64,000 bases of DNA, from the IMG/VR virus record IMGVR_UViG_3300031603_000001, positions 32,001-96,000 of that record. The stretch is one strand, 5' to 3'. This document shows positions 20,034 to 31,122 of this stretch, piece after piece. Numbering within the stretch: position 1 is the stretch's first letter; each line of letters begins with the position of its first letter. Under the pieces are notes generated by a model. That model did no database searches and was not told the DNA's origin. It saw nothing but the letters and a program-made list of their open reading frames with translations. Position numbers and translations under genes: made by a program. This stretch comes from a virus.

Positions 20034-23000
20034 ATGACTGACATCATACCTAGTTCGCAATATCTTCCAACGGACGTACGAACACCACTAACAGCTGAAT
20101 ACCTGAACGGGATCTACGATCTTATCAATACAGGTAACAACGAATTTGACGTAGTACGTCTCCTGAAATCAAATACAGAAGTTATCTGGTATGACTCAGT
20201 AGCCGAAACATTTTCACCAAGTACCATTACCTTGATTAATGCTACAATCTGGGACAAGTCCGCACTAGGCCCCGGCGAAGTACACCACTGGGCATGTAGC
20301 CAGGCAGGCGCATTCGGAGGATTAGACTCCGACGATATAGTGACCTTCGTACCTAGTGGTACACCTACTATACCTGCATCCGGAATCTTACCGTATAAAT
20401 TCACACTAGATGTTGGCGCAGATGTTGGCGCAGGCCTTGTAGACGGAGAAGCAAGTCTGTACATCCCTGTATTAGACAAGCAAGCACTACTTGAGATCAT
20501 CGATGAGCCTATCACACGATTCTGGATGCCTACAGTAGACCAACGCCTGCCTAATACCAACTCACAGATTTCACGCTTCACTGCACTAAACCTAAGTACT
20601 ATTCCTATTGCTAAACAAGAAGCAGAGACCAGTCGTTGGAAGGTACTTGATGATGTTGGAGCAGAGCTGTTACCCGGAGCAGATTACAGTCTTGTCACTG
20701 GGAGTCATCTTGGAATACCTGACACAACCTTTGAAGACAGAGACTTTACCTTAGGACTATTCGATTTCTGGGACGGTACCCGTACAGAAGTGGCGGGAGG
20801 CTGCTCAATTGCGGCGGGGGACAACGCGACAAACCTAAGGTACTCTCCTACTTCATCTAAAGTACCAGTACAGAGCTACGATGTAGTACCAGGGGAAGTG
20901 ACAACGCTTACCTATAGGTACTTTCTAGTCGGGAACACCACAAATTTAACCATCGAAGTTAACGCGGATGACGTAGTTCTGGACGGAGAAAATGTGCTAG
21001 CAGGTTGGAACACTGTTAACGTACACTCACGGTTCTGGGCCGGAGGTGTGTCTATAAAGTTTACCAATGATGATGCAACAGACCCTATTGTCATTAGTGA
21101 TTCAGAATATATATGGGCCTATGAAGATATAACTACTAAACTTGAATTAGATTTCGCAGCAGAAGGTAACTACTCAGTTAAACTAGAAGCTACCGTACCG
21201 GCCTGGACTACTCCGGACCTTGAAATGACTCAGCCTATCAGCCTTAAACCTGCATACGATGAGATCAAACTAGCAAACGGCGGAATAGTAAGCAGACCGG
21301 CATTCGTTACATTATCTAATGGTACTGAAAGCGAAGCTAACACCGACATGCCTATACCATTTGATACAGGAGAAACCTATTTAGAGGTAGCCTGGGGCAT
21401 TGAAGGCCCTGATGGGGCAGTCACATTAACAGGCCCTGTACAAGAAGTAGCAGCTAACACTAAGACTGTCAAGCGTAATCCAAAAAGCGAAGGTAAATAC
21501 GGTAAAACTGTAGAAACTTCAGAAGTAATCAAGACTAAACAAATAGGGATCAAACCTGGTAAAACTACACAGCTGTACAAATTCACAAGTGCATTGATCA
21601 CAGCAGACTACACCGGACAGTACGTGTACTTCAACAACCTAGACACCCCGTGTAAGATTGTTGGATATGAGAACTCAATCAACATCATTGAAGTTCCTAC
21701 AACATACTTCGGAACAAGCGCATCCTGGCCATTACAATCCTTAACGTTTACACTTAGTCCTGCGTGTGAACGAGTGAACGTAGACGTCGAATGGACATAC
21801 CAAGGCAATATATATACTCGTAGCAAAACAGTAAGACGCGAACGAGCAGCCGTAGCTAGTACCTTCACACGTTTCTATGACATCCCAGCAACAGCAGATG
21901 TTACTGCCCATATAACTACGGCTACTGGCTTAAGTTATGCAGCACGTCTCACATCCACATTGTTTGACCAATCATACGCGGTACCCGCTGCCCCCGCTTT
22001 AGCAAATATTAGCATAAACGGAACAACCTATGGCGTTATGGTTAAATTCCCCAAGATTGCAGAAGCACTTGGTTACCTATGCCGTTCCTACGAAGTATGG
22101 GAAGCAACGGAATCAGCTGAACACACAGTATTTGTTGAGCAACCAGAAGCAGTAAGTAGCTTATGGGTAATGATACCTATCCCCGTAGACAATGGGCGCG
22201 CAGTAAGTGTAGACCTTTACACAGTTGGCGCAGGCAATGTGCTCTCTGTGGCCACTACAATAGCAGGCACTGGCGGGTCTCTGACCATTGATGATACAGG
22301 GTTTACTTTTCCATGTGGCACTATTGACATTAATAATGCGTACCTAGCTTCCTACCTACGTACACAGATATCGGACAGTACTGTTCATAATAAAGAAACA
22401 GTAGCAAAGACTATGAATATCACAGTGCACAACCATGCTAGTAACATCCACATCACACGTGTCAAGGCACATATCATAGATATACCATCAGACGCGGAAG
22501 CTACCACTGCCAGCGCAGTCATAGATACTATCTCTGACTACTCCGCCACAGTAGCAGGTACTGTTAAGATTGAATCAGCAGGACACCCTTTCTCTACAAA
22601 CGACACAATAGCCGTTGGTGGAACACTATTCACTAATGGTACATATCTTATTACTAAGATTGATGCTAATAACTTCTACTTCGTAGCAACCTACACAGTA
22701 GGTGAATACCAAGGCGGAGCTATCGCACAAGCAGAGGTAAAGAAAGGTTACCCACTGGTTCTAGCAATAGATGGTATCGATGTATTCAAATACATCTGGC
22801 CTGAGATTTACCAAACAGGTTACTTTGAATACCCAGTTGACATATACGTACCTGCCTATGAAGACATTCGATTAACAATGTACTTTCAGGACTGGTATAA
22901 ATACCCTACAGGAGTTAGTTATGCATCTCCTAATAGTGCTACACTGAAGGCAACCTTCATGTATGATTACGACCGTAACGTTACGATCGAAGCTAAGGAA

Positions 23001-23114
23001 GAGACACCAATCTTCAAGGTACCTGCATATCAAACTGTTAAGCTTGCCGCTCCTGAGGCACCTAGCACTCCAAGTAGTCCTAAGGCTCCTGAAGCATCAA
23101 ATGACGCCTCCTAA
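20034..23114 (+). CDS. Tail fibre/receptor-binding-like protein
   Basis: 1026 aa, multi-domain beta-sandwich composition, AGGA RBS, structural context. Confidence 0.5.
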   Translation: MTDIIPSSQYLPTDVRTPLTAEYLNGIYDLINTGNNEFDVVRLLKSNTEVIWYDSVAETFSPSTITLINATIWDKSALGPGEVHHWACSQAGAFGGLDSDDIVTFVPSGTPTIPASGILPYKFTLDVGADVGAGLVDGEASLYIPVLDKQALLEIIDEPITRFWMPTVDQRLPNTNSQISRFTALNLSTIPIAKQEAETSRWKVLDDVGAELLPGADYSLVTGSHLGIPDTTFEDRDFTLGLFDFWDGTRTEVAGGCSIAAGDNATNLRYSPTSSKVPVQSYDVVPGEVTTLTYRYFLVGNTTNLTIEVNADDVVLDGENVLAGWNTVNVHSRFWAGGVSIKFTNDDATDPIVISDSEYIWAYEDITTKLELDFAAEGNYSVKLEATVPAWTTPDLEMTQPISLKPAYDEIKLANGGIVSRPAFVTLSNGTESEANTDMPIPFDTGETYLEVAWGIEGPDGAVTLTGPVQEVAANTKTVKRNPKSEGKYGKTVETSEVIKTKQIGIKPGKTTQLYKFTSALITADYTGQYVYFNNLDTPCKIVGYENSINIIEVPTTYFGTSASWPLQSLTFTLSPACERVNVDVEWTYQGNIYTRSKTVRRERAAVASTFTRFYDIPATADVTAHITTATGLSYAARLTSTLFDQSYAVPAAPALANISINGTTYGVMVKFPKIAEALGYLCRSYEVWEATESAEHTVFVEQPEAVSSLWVMIPIPVDNGRAVSVDLYTVGAGNVLSVATTIAGTGGSLTIDDTGFTFPCGTIDINNAYLASYLRTQISDSTVHNKETVAKTMNITVHNHASNIHITRVKAHIIDIPSDAEATTASAVIDTISDYSATVAGTVKIESAGHPFSTNDTIAVGGTLFTNGTYLITKIDANNFYFVATYTVGEYQGGAIAQAEVKKGYPLVLAIDGIDVFKYIWPEIYQTGYFEYPVDIYVPAYEDIRLTMYFQDWYKYPTGVSYASPNSATLKATFMYDYDRNVTIEAKEETPIFKVPAYQTVKLAAPEAPSTPSSPKAPEASNDAS

Positions 23115-24594
23115 AATACCCAGCTCACTATCAATTCGGATAGTAGATAATTATAACCAAGGCAACGGTGTTCCCATCGCTGCCCTGGTTGATTACAATA
23201 AGAAGGATCCACAAATACTGGACTTCCCTGAACCTACTATCATGGAACGCACTATACAAGAGGACGCTACAGGAAAGTTTGTTACACTACCTTATACCGC
23301 AGCTCAGGATATTACGTATGCAATTGGTACTGAATCCATCCGAATGAAATACACACTTCCAGAAGGTAGTATACAGTTCGCTAAGGCGTACATCCCAGAG
23401 ACTTATAAAGAAGTATTCTTCCAAACGAAAGGCCGCTACCTATACGTACCTGTAAGTGTTCACACAGGTGCACTGTTAATCCGATACCAAATACTTAACG
23501 GAACTACATCAGTAAGTGGTGAGGCCCTAATAGACCCCGTGCCTGAAGAAACAGTAGAAGTTGACCTAGGAACCACTCGGCTAAGTATAAGTACCGCTAC
23601 AGTACTAAGTACTACCACTGCTTATCCATTACGTATTACAATTTCCCCAGCAAAGCGTGTCCTTATTAAAGTACACACACCATCAGCCTACCAAAAACAT
23701 TCCCTGACTATCAAGAATCAAACACATGTAATTGTAGACGACAAGCCTTACTTCATTTTAGGACTCAAGAGCATAGCAGGCGGCACTCGTCCGAAGTATG
23801 TTATAGATGAAGTTCCTATCATCTTAACTAACGGCCTCATTAAACTAGATAGTTCCGACTGCATACTAGACGCTGGTCTACAGACATCAATGACTAACTT
23901 CATAGCCAACGGTGGAGTACTAGTCAAAGTGAATGGACTGGTTGTGTCGGATATAGAACTAAGCTCGTACAGTAACATTGACGGTATCGTACAAATCAAA
24001 AAGCTACGTATCACAAACGAAGATACTATGACAATTAGTTATAAAGTTAGTACAGCCTGGAGTACTCTTACTGAGAACTTAAACCCTTTGTACATAGAAG
24101 CAACTGGAGTAGACACACCTGAGAAAACTAGAAACCTAGTTGATGGGGACTTAGAATTAGTTATACAAGGTGACATCTTATTCCACAGATACACACAAAA
24201 TAACTACGAACTCCACGAAGCAGGCATCTACGAAACAGTAACATCTCCTACCATACACGACCTTAAGCTAGCGACCATTCATCTTGACCGTACTGAGCCC
24301 GAAGTGATAGACCTAAGGGTTGAATCAACAGGAGTACTAGACAAGACTATAGTTGATTGGAGAAGTCACGTAGGATCAGGCTTCTGGGGTGGCGAAGCTA
24401 TACCGCCTAATGTGATAATGGTACGACTAACATCTACAATATCACGGCTGGTACGTAGCAACCCCGATGGATACGAAACATATTTCAATACCTTCCTAAC
24501 TCCCCTCGTTGGCGTAGGCAGCTACGTCATCATCCTTGACAGCCTAGAGCATGTACTTTACTACCACGAGGATATCTTCCCTAATGAAGCATAA
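23101..24594 (+). CDS. Structural protein (start re-assigned to ATG 23101, MTPPKIP)
   Basis: ATG at 23101 overlaps the end of the previous gene. The longer track start at 22963 would overlap it by about 150 nt. Confidence 0.55.
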   Translation: MTPPKIPSSLSIRIVDNYNQGNGVPIAALVDYNKKDPQILDFPEPTIMERTIQEDATGKFVTLPYTAAQDITYAIGTESIRMKYTLPEGSIQFAKAYIPETYKEVFFQTKGRYLYVPVSVHTGALLIRYQILNGTTSVSGEALIDPVPEETVEVDLGTTRLSISTATVLSTTTAYPLRITISPAKRVLIKVHTPSAYQKHSLTIKNQTHVIVDDKPYFILGLKSIAGGTRPKYVIDEVPIILTNGLIKLDSSDCILDAGLQTSMTNFIANGGVLVKVNGLVVSDIELSSYSNIDGIVQIKKLRITNEDTMTISYKVSTAWSTLTENLNPLYIEATGVDTPEKTRNLVDGDLELVIQGDILFHRYTQNNYELHEAGIYETVTSPTIHDLKLATIHLDRTEPEVIDLRVESTGVLDKTIVDWRSHVGSGFWGGEAIPPNVIMVRLTSTISRLVRSNPDGYETYFNTFLTPLVGVGSYVIILDSLEHVLYYHEDIFPNEA

Positions 24595-26221
24595 TGAAAT
24601 TAGAGCAAGAGAACTACGGGCACTGGCTAAAACTATGGCCAGCCAATTTGGTATCCGAAATCCTTTAGATGTAAAGGCACTAGAGCGGGAGCTCCTGGCT
24701 AAGTACAGTAATGGCGCACGCCTTACTAGCCAGTACGCTGCCTCTAACAAAGCAAGCTCAGCTAAGTTTCGCAGCGATGTACGTAACGTTCTGATTGACC
24801 TTATAGCGACCTATGGACATATAGAAGCTATTGATAAGAACTACGCAAGTTTAGAAGACAGTGTCCGCAGCCTAATCGATAGGTTTGACTTCCAACTAGA
24901 AGCTATCCTATCAGGCTTAGTAAATAGTGACACCGATAACACCCGGCACATACGTGGTAACGATCTCTTCGCTAGCCTAGACGCAGCGTCTAACCTGGAA
25001 CAGGTACACGGCAAACTGCGCCCAGCATATGAGCGTATACCTGTAGGCCTATTCAACACCGTTGATATCTCTACGGTAGTTTACCCAGAGCCTGGCTTAA
25101 ATAACGAAGTACTTAGCGTGACAACCGGTAACATTAAGTCTATAATTAGAAGCGGCCTAGCGTCTAAGACGTGGTCCGTTGATGTTTATACTAAATCACC
25201 GCCAAAATTTGACCTACTTGTTAGCGGACTTGAAAGTATTACAAACACTGCTCTCGACGCAACAAATTTAACAGGTATCATACAAAAGCTTACGTTCGAT
25301 TTTTCTGATACCTCTGCGATCCTACCAACTGAGATGGAGTTACGCTTCCAGCAGAAGGTTAACATCATCGGTGTTCTGGTAGACGGAGTAGTACATACAG
25401 ACTCAACAGGGTATCCGGTCACTACTATAAATGTAAGACGTGACCATCTTATTCCCCTTCCGGGAAGTTCTGTTAATTTAGTCTCGGTATACGTACACGT
25501 ACCCAACTTTACAGATCAGATCCCATACGCTGATATCTTAGCGGATCAGTTCATCTCAGACGAGGTGTACACAGGTGCAATACTAAACCCTGATGGGTTT
25601 GTAGCAGACATCGATCGACCTGACTACTATCATTACGAGCTAGGCATCTACAACATGAAGCTCAGAATAGCTGCTACTGAACCAGGTACAGGTACTACTA
25701 AAGTATTCGAGAGCTACTCCGGTGCTTTATCAGACGCATCCTTTATCCACTTTGGCAAAGGCCTTATGGATAACAATATTAATGTAACACCCTATTGGCA
25801 TGTGCCGGGAGACGTTCCGACTACGACTAAGCCAGTGGATCCTACTCCAGTACGGGAGAGCTACACTAACGTTACTCTCCCCGAAGAGTTTACCTCAGTA
25901 CTCCTAGACATAGTCCCTTACGTAACTACAGGAGACGCTGTAGCAGTGCAGCTTACCACTGGTGACACAGGGACCCCAATAGACATTGAATTCATTACAG
26001 CACCGAACGACGAGATCCCTCAGTTCTCTCTAGACGATTCTTTGCAGTGCTTCCTCATAGGCGGCACATTGATCTTCAAGTCAGGCATAACCCTGGCTGA
26101 AGAAGAAACACTATCGATTACATATGACGTTCTCCTAACAGGCGTCCATTATGAGATTGAGCATGCCCCAGAGGCTTGGACAGGATCATACACGGTTACC
26201 ATTCATGACAATATCCAGTAA
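24584..26221 (+). CDS. Structural protein with N-terminal helical/coiled-coil module (start MKHNEIR)
   Basis: ATG 24584 with GAGGA upstream; overlaps the previous stop. Confidence 0.55.
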   Translation: MKHNEIRARELRALAKTMASQFGIRNPLDVKALERELLAKYSNGARLTSQYAASNKASSAKFRSDVRNVLIDLIATYGHIEAIDKNYASLEDSVRSLIDRFDFQLEAILSGLVNSDTDNTRHIRGNDLFASLDAASNLEQVHGKLRPAYERIPVGLFNTVDISTVVYPEPGLNNEVLSVTTGNIKSIIRSGLASKTWSVDVYTKSPPKFDLLVSGLESITNTALDATNLTGIIQKLTFDFSDTSAILPTEMELRFQQKVNIIGVLVDGVVHTDSTGYPVTTINVRRDHLIPLPGSSVNLVSVYVHVPNFTDQIPYADILADQFISDEVYTGAILNPDGFVADIDRPDYYHYELGIYNMKLRIAATEPGTGTTKVFESYSGALSDASFIHFGKGLMDNNINVTPYWHVPGDVPTTTKPVDPTPVRESYTNVTLPEEFTSVLLDIVPYVTTGDAVAVQLTTGDTGTPIDIEFITAPNDEIPQFSLDDSLQCFLIGGTLIFKSGITLAEEETLSITYDVLLTGVHYEIEHAPEAWTGSYTVTIHDNIQ

Positions 26222-27281
26222 AGATATCACATCAGCATATCAATCTGCTTTAAAAGAGTTCCAAACAGAGAAGCTCAACTCAGCTGACCAAAAGCTGTAC
26301 GCTATCCTGTCAAAACTTCACCAACTATTTGAATCGGAAGCCTACTATCACATGCCGGTTGACGGAGAGATAGGTGATACTAATACACTTGACGTAATAT
26401 TTCGTGCATTATATACCAGCCTAGGCAAGGCCACTAGTACTCTATCAGTTATCGATCAGAAGATTGCTAAGCTGGAAGGTAACTTAGATCCTTCCGAACT
26501 AGAAGAAGTAATTGCAGGCATCAAAGCGCAGATAGCTAATCGATTACTCCGTACCGGAGGCAAGGGAGTGCACCGCACTACTCGCATCTTCGATATCCCA
26601 GTCACCCTAGACTCGGAGTCAGAAGTGTCCCCTCCTATGGGTCTATTAAAAATTGTCAATGCCGATGGTCTTACCCATCCGGTTAAGGGCTCTATCCAGA
26701 CACACCAGTCCACTCCTATGGATGTAATACCCCCTGACGTCACGTCCAGTGTTGTACCAAACATCACTGACTCTAAAATTCAATTGATCAGTCGTACAGG
26801 TGAGCTTACCTTAGAAGGTCTGAATGAATACATCACCAGCCAGAACCTAACGGTTAACCACTTGACCCTTACACCGGGTGTCGTGTCTCCATTATATGCT
26901 GACGCTAACACAGACGCTATCAAGCTGAGCTCTACATTAGAGGAGCCATCGATTATATCTTTAATAACTACACCGCTCCCTGAGGTGCTCTTCACATCAG
27001 TGCAGCTGTTCTCATTGGATGGAGACGTCTTCACATACACAGACGTGCCACCCTTGTTATTCGTAGATAATCCTACAGATCTTATCACAAAAATCGTGTG
27101 GAACGTGAACATCTCATCGATACCAGAAGAGACACTAGGCGGCCACTACATTGGGCAGCTCCTTACACTTGGTGACAGTAACAACAACATCATTACATAT
27201 GCACAACTTAAGGATGCAGCAGCAGAGGCCTTAGCTTCCGCAGCATCTAGCAGCGACCGCTCTGGTAAGGACGAGAAATAA
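26205..27281 (+). CDS. Structural protein with N-terminal coiled coil (start MTISSKD)
   Basis: ATG 26205 overlaps the previous gene end; heptad-like IDQKIAKLEGNL. Confidence 0.5.
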   Translation: MTISSKDITSAYQSALKEFQTEKLNSADQKLYAILSKLHQLFESEAYYHMPVDGEIGDTNTLDVIFRALYTSLGKATSTLSVIDQKIAKLEGNLDPSELEEVIAGIKAQIANRLLRTGGKGVHRTTRIFDIPVTLDSESEVSPPMGLLKIVNADGLTHPVKGSIQTHQSTPMDVIPPDVTSSVVPNITDSKIQLISRTGELTLEGLNEYITSQNLTVNHLTLTPGVVSPLYADANTDAIKLSSTLEEPSIISLITTPLPEVLFTSVQLFSLDGDVFTYTDVPPLLFVDNPTDLITKIVWNVNISSIPEETLGGHYIGQLLTLGDSNNNIITYAQLKDAAAEALASAASSSDRSGKDEK

Positions 27282-29056
27282 TGAATGAATTCAACTTTCA
27301 AGAAACAAACCTACAAGCAGACGGCTTCTCAGTAGAGTGGACCCTTCCAAGTGGTTATGAGTACGAGCACCATCTTAAACAATGGACCGTTACTGTATAC
27401 ACAGGAGAGACAGGTGCAGATACTGTCATAGCAGCTGCTGTACTTAGCGCTACTCACACAACTTTAAGTATAACAGTGGCACCATACACTGAGTATAATA
27501 TAGGACTTACCGCAGATTTCGAAGAAGAGATACGTGATGAGGATCCGTATGACGGCAGTAGCTCTTCCGAAACATACGCCTGGTCTTCTGACGAGGTACT
27601 CATTACATTCTCTACCTTGGATAGTATTGTAGCACCTCTCGTTGCAGTAGACGGGGACTGGCCTAACTACTCAGATTATATGGCTGGTAATCTCAACCTT
27701 AAGGTTACGCTACCAGACGACTATGTATCAAGTTCAATAACTAACTATGTTATACAGTACAGATCTGTATCAAATGGAAACGTATGGACTACTCTATCAT
27801 TCTTCTACCGTGATGACTTACTGGCATCCTTCCCGGATCCAATCCAGCTAGCACTAACAGACATGGACCCGGCTATGTCTCATGAATTTCGTGCAAGGAT
27901 GACTACAGCCCAGGGGGTATCCCAAGGAGCAGTGCTCACTATATACCAACCATCTCGAAAGACCTCAGCTATGAAGTCCTTTCCATATGTGTTAGCAATA
28001 CCAACATCCTTAGCCACACCAAGCTCTGTCTTTATAGGTAACCTACCTGCAGGGACTGTGTACAACCCGTACGAATCCTCGACACTACCTGGTGATCTGC
28101 AAGAATGGATCTACAAAGGTGATGCTCTATACGATTCAGTAGCAGTAAAGCTGTACCATAGATCGGTTGCAGCACAACCTTCACGCTACTACCCAAATGT
28201 AGTAGCCAACCCTACAATAGTGAATAGCCCATTACTGCATGCCGGTGGATCTTTCAGTACAGCAGATTTCGAAGGGCGATGGTGGGACCTAAGTACTGCA
28301 GAAGTAGTACGTTGTTACGCACCGGTAGTTAACTTCGCATTCAACGGAGCCAACCATCCATTCATACCAGTCAACTCTGTGATGCCTACAGAGGGTAGCT
28401 GGGATTGGCCAACGGCCCTACTTGATTATGAGTGGGCAGAGGAGATCGGCGACATCGCTTCTCCAGAAGACCACGCAGTGATAGGTATTTGGCAGTACGG
28501 GTATAAGGATACCCCTATGACAGGTGTACATTACGTAGACAATGTTGCTACCGAACTAGTAGGAAGTGTTCATGAACAGTATGTAAGATACCTAAGCGGT
28601 ATGTCTACCGCGGCTATCGATTACAAAGTGTATGTCTTCATCAAACATGACAACCTTTTAACAGATGTGTTCAAATTAATAGAGGAAGATGCCACCATCC
28701 ACACCCTATCAGAAGAGGCTGCTGACATAACATTAAATGGAGAACAGGGCAAGCTGTTCAGTGCTACACTTAACGCATCACCTAGGGTAAACAATGGAAC
28801 ATTCAGCATCGAAATGGACATCCAATCTCAACAATTCAGCGTGGAAGATGCGAGCTCGCATTCCTTCGGAAACTTCTCCTGGCCGCAGGATATCCTACAC
28901 GTACCGTTCAACAATCATAATGGACCATTCTATATGGACTCCGGGGCAACGATTACAGTTGTCGCTCCGGCTAGTCCCTACTCGGACGCATCGTCTCAAG
29001 CAATGATAATTGAATTTGAACTCACTAACCCTTACCCACAGCCAGTATTAGCATGA
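27281..29056 (+). CDS. Tail protein with fibronectin type III-like domains
   Basis: FSVEWTLP...WTVTVY...VAPYTEYNIGLTA and YVIQYRSV...WT...MDPAMSHEFRARM match FN3 patterns. Confidence 0.55.
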   Translation: MNEFNFQETNLQADGFSVEWTLPSGYEYEHHLKQWTVTVYTGETGADTVIAAAVLSATHTTLSITVAPYTEYNIGLTADFEEEIRDEDPYDGSSSSETYAWSSDEVLITFSTLDSIVAPLVAVDGDWPNYSDYMAGNLNLKVTLPDDYVSSSITNYVIQYRSVSNGNVWTTLSFFYRDDLLASFPDPIQLALTDMDPAMSHEFRARMTTAQGVSQGAVLTIYQPSRKTSAMKSFPYVLAIPTSLATPSSVFIGNLPAGTVYNPYESSTLPGDLQEWIYKGDALYDSVAVKLYHRSVAAQPSRYYPNVVANPTIVNSPLLHAGGSFSTADFEGRWWDLSTAEVVRCYAPVVNFAFNGANHPFIPVNSVMPTEGSWDWPTALLDYEWAEEIGDIASPEDHAVIGIWQYGYKDTPMTGVHYVDNVATELVGSVHEQYVRYLSGMSTAAIDYKVYVFIKHDNLLTDVFKLIEEDATIHTLSEEAADITLNGEQGKLFSATLNASPRVNNGTFSIEMDIQSQQFSVEDASSHSFGNFSWPQDILHVPFNNHNGPFYMDSGATITVVAPASPYSDASSQAMIIEFELTNPYPQPVLA

Positions 29057-31122
29057 CAATAGTAACTACTACATCACCAGCAACAGGCCTTCGCCTACTC
29101 TCAACTATACAGCGTGAAAGTATTAGCACTGCATCCGCGCAGAGCGATTCTAATACCGTTGCAGCTGAGCACGTAATTGCAACGCTAACCTTATCAGGTA
29201 TAGACACCACTGGAGGTTTTGGAGGATCATATCCCCCTATCGCAGCAGGAACACAACGTACTGTTAGTCTCATGCATAACGGAACTGAAGTATCAGTAGA
29301 AGTATACACAGGTAACATATACCTAGCCGCAGTACCTGCAGCAGAGGTCTTAAATGTACCACCTGCAGACTGGCCCTCTCCTATTGTACGAGCAGGTAAT
29401 AACGCAGCGGCTCCTGTAACATATCCCACTAGATTACCTGTAAGTAATAAAGGAATAGTAGGATGGCTAGAACAGGTACACAATTACCCGACCACTTCCA
29501 TCACAGTCACAACCGGGGTGGCCACCCTTACTAATGTACCAGTATCCTTCGAAGGATCCAACGTAGTAGACGATTACGTTATACTTATCCAGCAAATAGA
29601 TACTGACGGTACAGTAGATGACATTAAATTACTCACTGACCTAGTCACTGATGTACAATATGATTTACATACATACTCAGGAAGTTATCCTTCCGGTATC
29701 ACACCTTTTAGTCTGGCAAGCACGTACGCACCATTGACGGCGCTTGACGCGGACGCCTTAGCTGCACTAGAGACAGCTTACCTAGACTCACGTATCAGAG
29801 CCATTCCACGGAATCTAGATGACCTTGACTATACAACCCTGGCCGACTACGGTCCAGAGTTTAGATTATTTCCAGTAGATGAAGATGACCAGCGCGCGAC
29901 ACTAGAACTACGCGGTTGGTACTTTAATGCTGTGGATCGGAACGGCGCACCAATCGGGACGGTCCCACACAGGTTTAAAGCTACTGCACAGTTACAGAAA
30001 TGGAACGGCGTTGACGCCTTTGCTGATGTAGCAGGACAGACAGTTGTCATTAATGCCACGACCCCGTCCCAGGTACGCCAAGTTTCTTTCGGAGATCTAG
30101 ATCCAGCAGAAGTATACCGAATACACATTATAACTGCAGCCAAAGGTAACACTACAGACGGTGATGGTGATGACGATTACGCATACCATATACCAAGCAA
30201 CACAGGTACAGCTTACACACAAGCTAATGCTGAGCTGGCGATTACTAACCTGTTCTCAGATGTATCAGCAGTTATATCACAAGCAGGCGCTAAATCTTTA
30301 GACTCACCTGCTTTTAGATTACTAGAACGTGTTGGAGCAAACAACACCAGCTACACTATTGCACCTAATGCTACAGACCCTGCTAAGTTTGACCTTAGCT
30401 TTACAGTAAGCGGGCTATCATCAGTCAGTACTTTGACTATTACGTCCGGTACAAACACAGATACATCAGATGTTTCAGCAGTGTCAGAGAAGACTGTTGT
30501 CTTTACAGCACTCACAGAGGCTGAGATTGAAAGCAATTGGAATTTCACTGCAGCATATGGAACATACAATATACAATTCGCCTACACTATAGGCGCAGAT
30601 TCTATAGGGTCCCTTGAGGCTACAGCTGACGGAGTGTTCTCCTTGAGTAACACTGCAGGGGTGACCTCTATATCCATGCTCAATAGTCTGCCGGCAGTAT
30701 ACAGTACCAAGACTATCACTTTAGCAGGTAAGCTCACGGCCAGTAAGGTTCAGTACAGCCAAACATCCACTAGGGATTTGTCATACAATCTACCTACAGG
30801 GCAGATAATCCAAGCCTTATCAATAGAAACAGAAGAGTACAGCCCCTTCGGACCGAACTATATTCAATACAGTATCGTAGCAAACGATATTGAGTATCCT
30901 ATTACTCCGCTAAACCAGGACGGAACCTGGCCTAAGGTATACCATTTTAATAGCACAGTACCTGAAGAGGATAGAGCTGTTATGGTAGGCCAAGGTTTTA
31001 TCGACACAGACGTAGTAGGGTCGTACACAATCAGAATAGGGCTAAGCAGGCCCGCAGGATCCTTATTCACCAGTCCCTTAGTAACAGGGATAGGTACTAT
31101 GGAAATTAGGACGGACAGCTAA
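29053..31122 (+). CDS. Tail/structural protein
   Basis: 689-aa coupled ORF, Thr/Ala-rich beta composition, FN3-like GDLDPAEVYRIHI segment. Confidence 0.5.
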   Translation: MTIVTTTSPATGLRLLSTIQRESISTASAQSDSNTVAAEHVIATLTLSGIDTTGGFGGSYPPIAAGTQRTVSLMHNGTEVSVEVYTGNIYLAAVPAAEVLNVPPADWPSPIVRAGNNAAAPVTYPTRLPVSNKGIVGWLEQVHNYPTTSITVTTGVATLTNVPVSFEGSNVVDDYVILIQQIDTDGTVDDIKLLTDLVTDVQYDLHTYSGSYPSGITPFSLASTYAPLTALDADALAALETAYLDSRIRAIPRNLDDLDYTTLADYGPEFRLFPVDEDDQRATLELRGWYFNAVDRNGAPIGTVPHRFKATAQLQKWNGVDAFADVAGQTVVINATTPSQVRQVSFGDLDPAEVYRIHIITAAKGNTTDGDGDDDYAYHIPSNTGTAYTQANAELAITNLFSDVSAVISQAGAKSLDSPAFRLLERVGANNTSYTIAPNATDPAKFDLSFTVSGLSSVSTLTITSGTNTDTSDVSAVSEKTVVFTALTEAEIESNWNFTAAYGTYNIQFAYTIGADSIGSLEATADGVFSLSNTAGVTSISMLNSLPAVYSTKTITLAGKLTASKVQYSQTSTRDLSYNLPTGQIIQALSIETEEYSPFGPNYIQYSIVANDIEYPITPLNQDGTWPKVYHFNSTVPEEDRAVMVGQGFIDTDVVGSYTIRIGLSRPAGSLFTSPLVTGIGTMEIRTDS

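Noticed and set aside
20409-20432. 12-bp tandem duplication (DVGADVGA)
   Set aside because: A short in-frame slippage duplication with no further structure.
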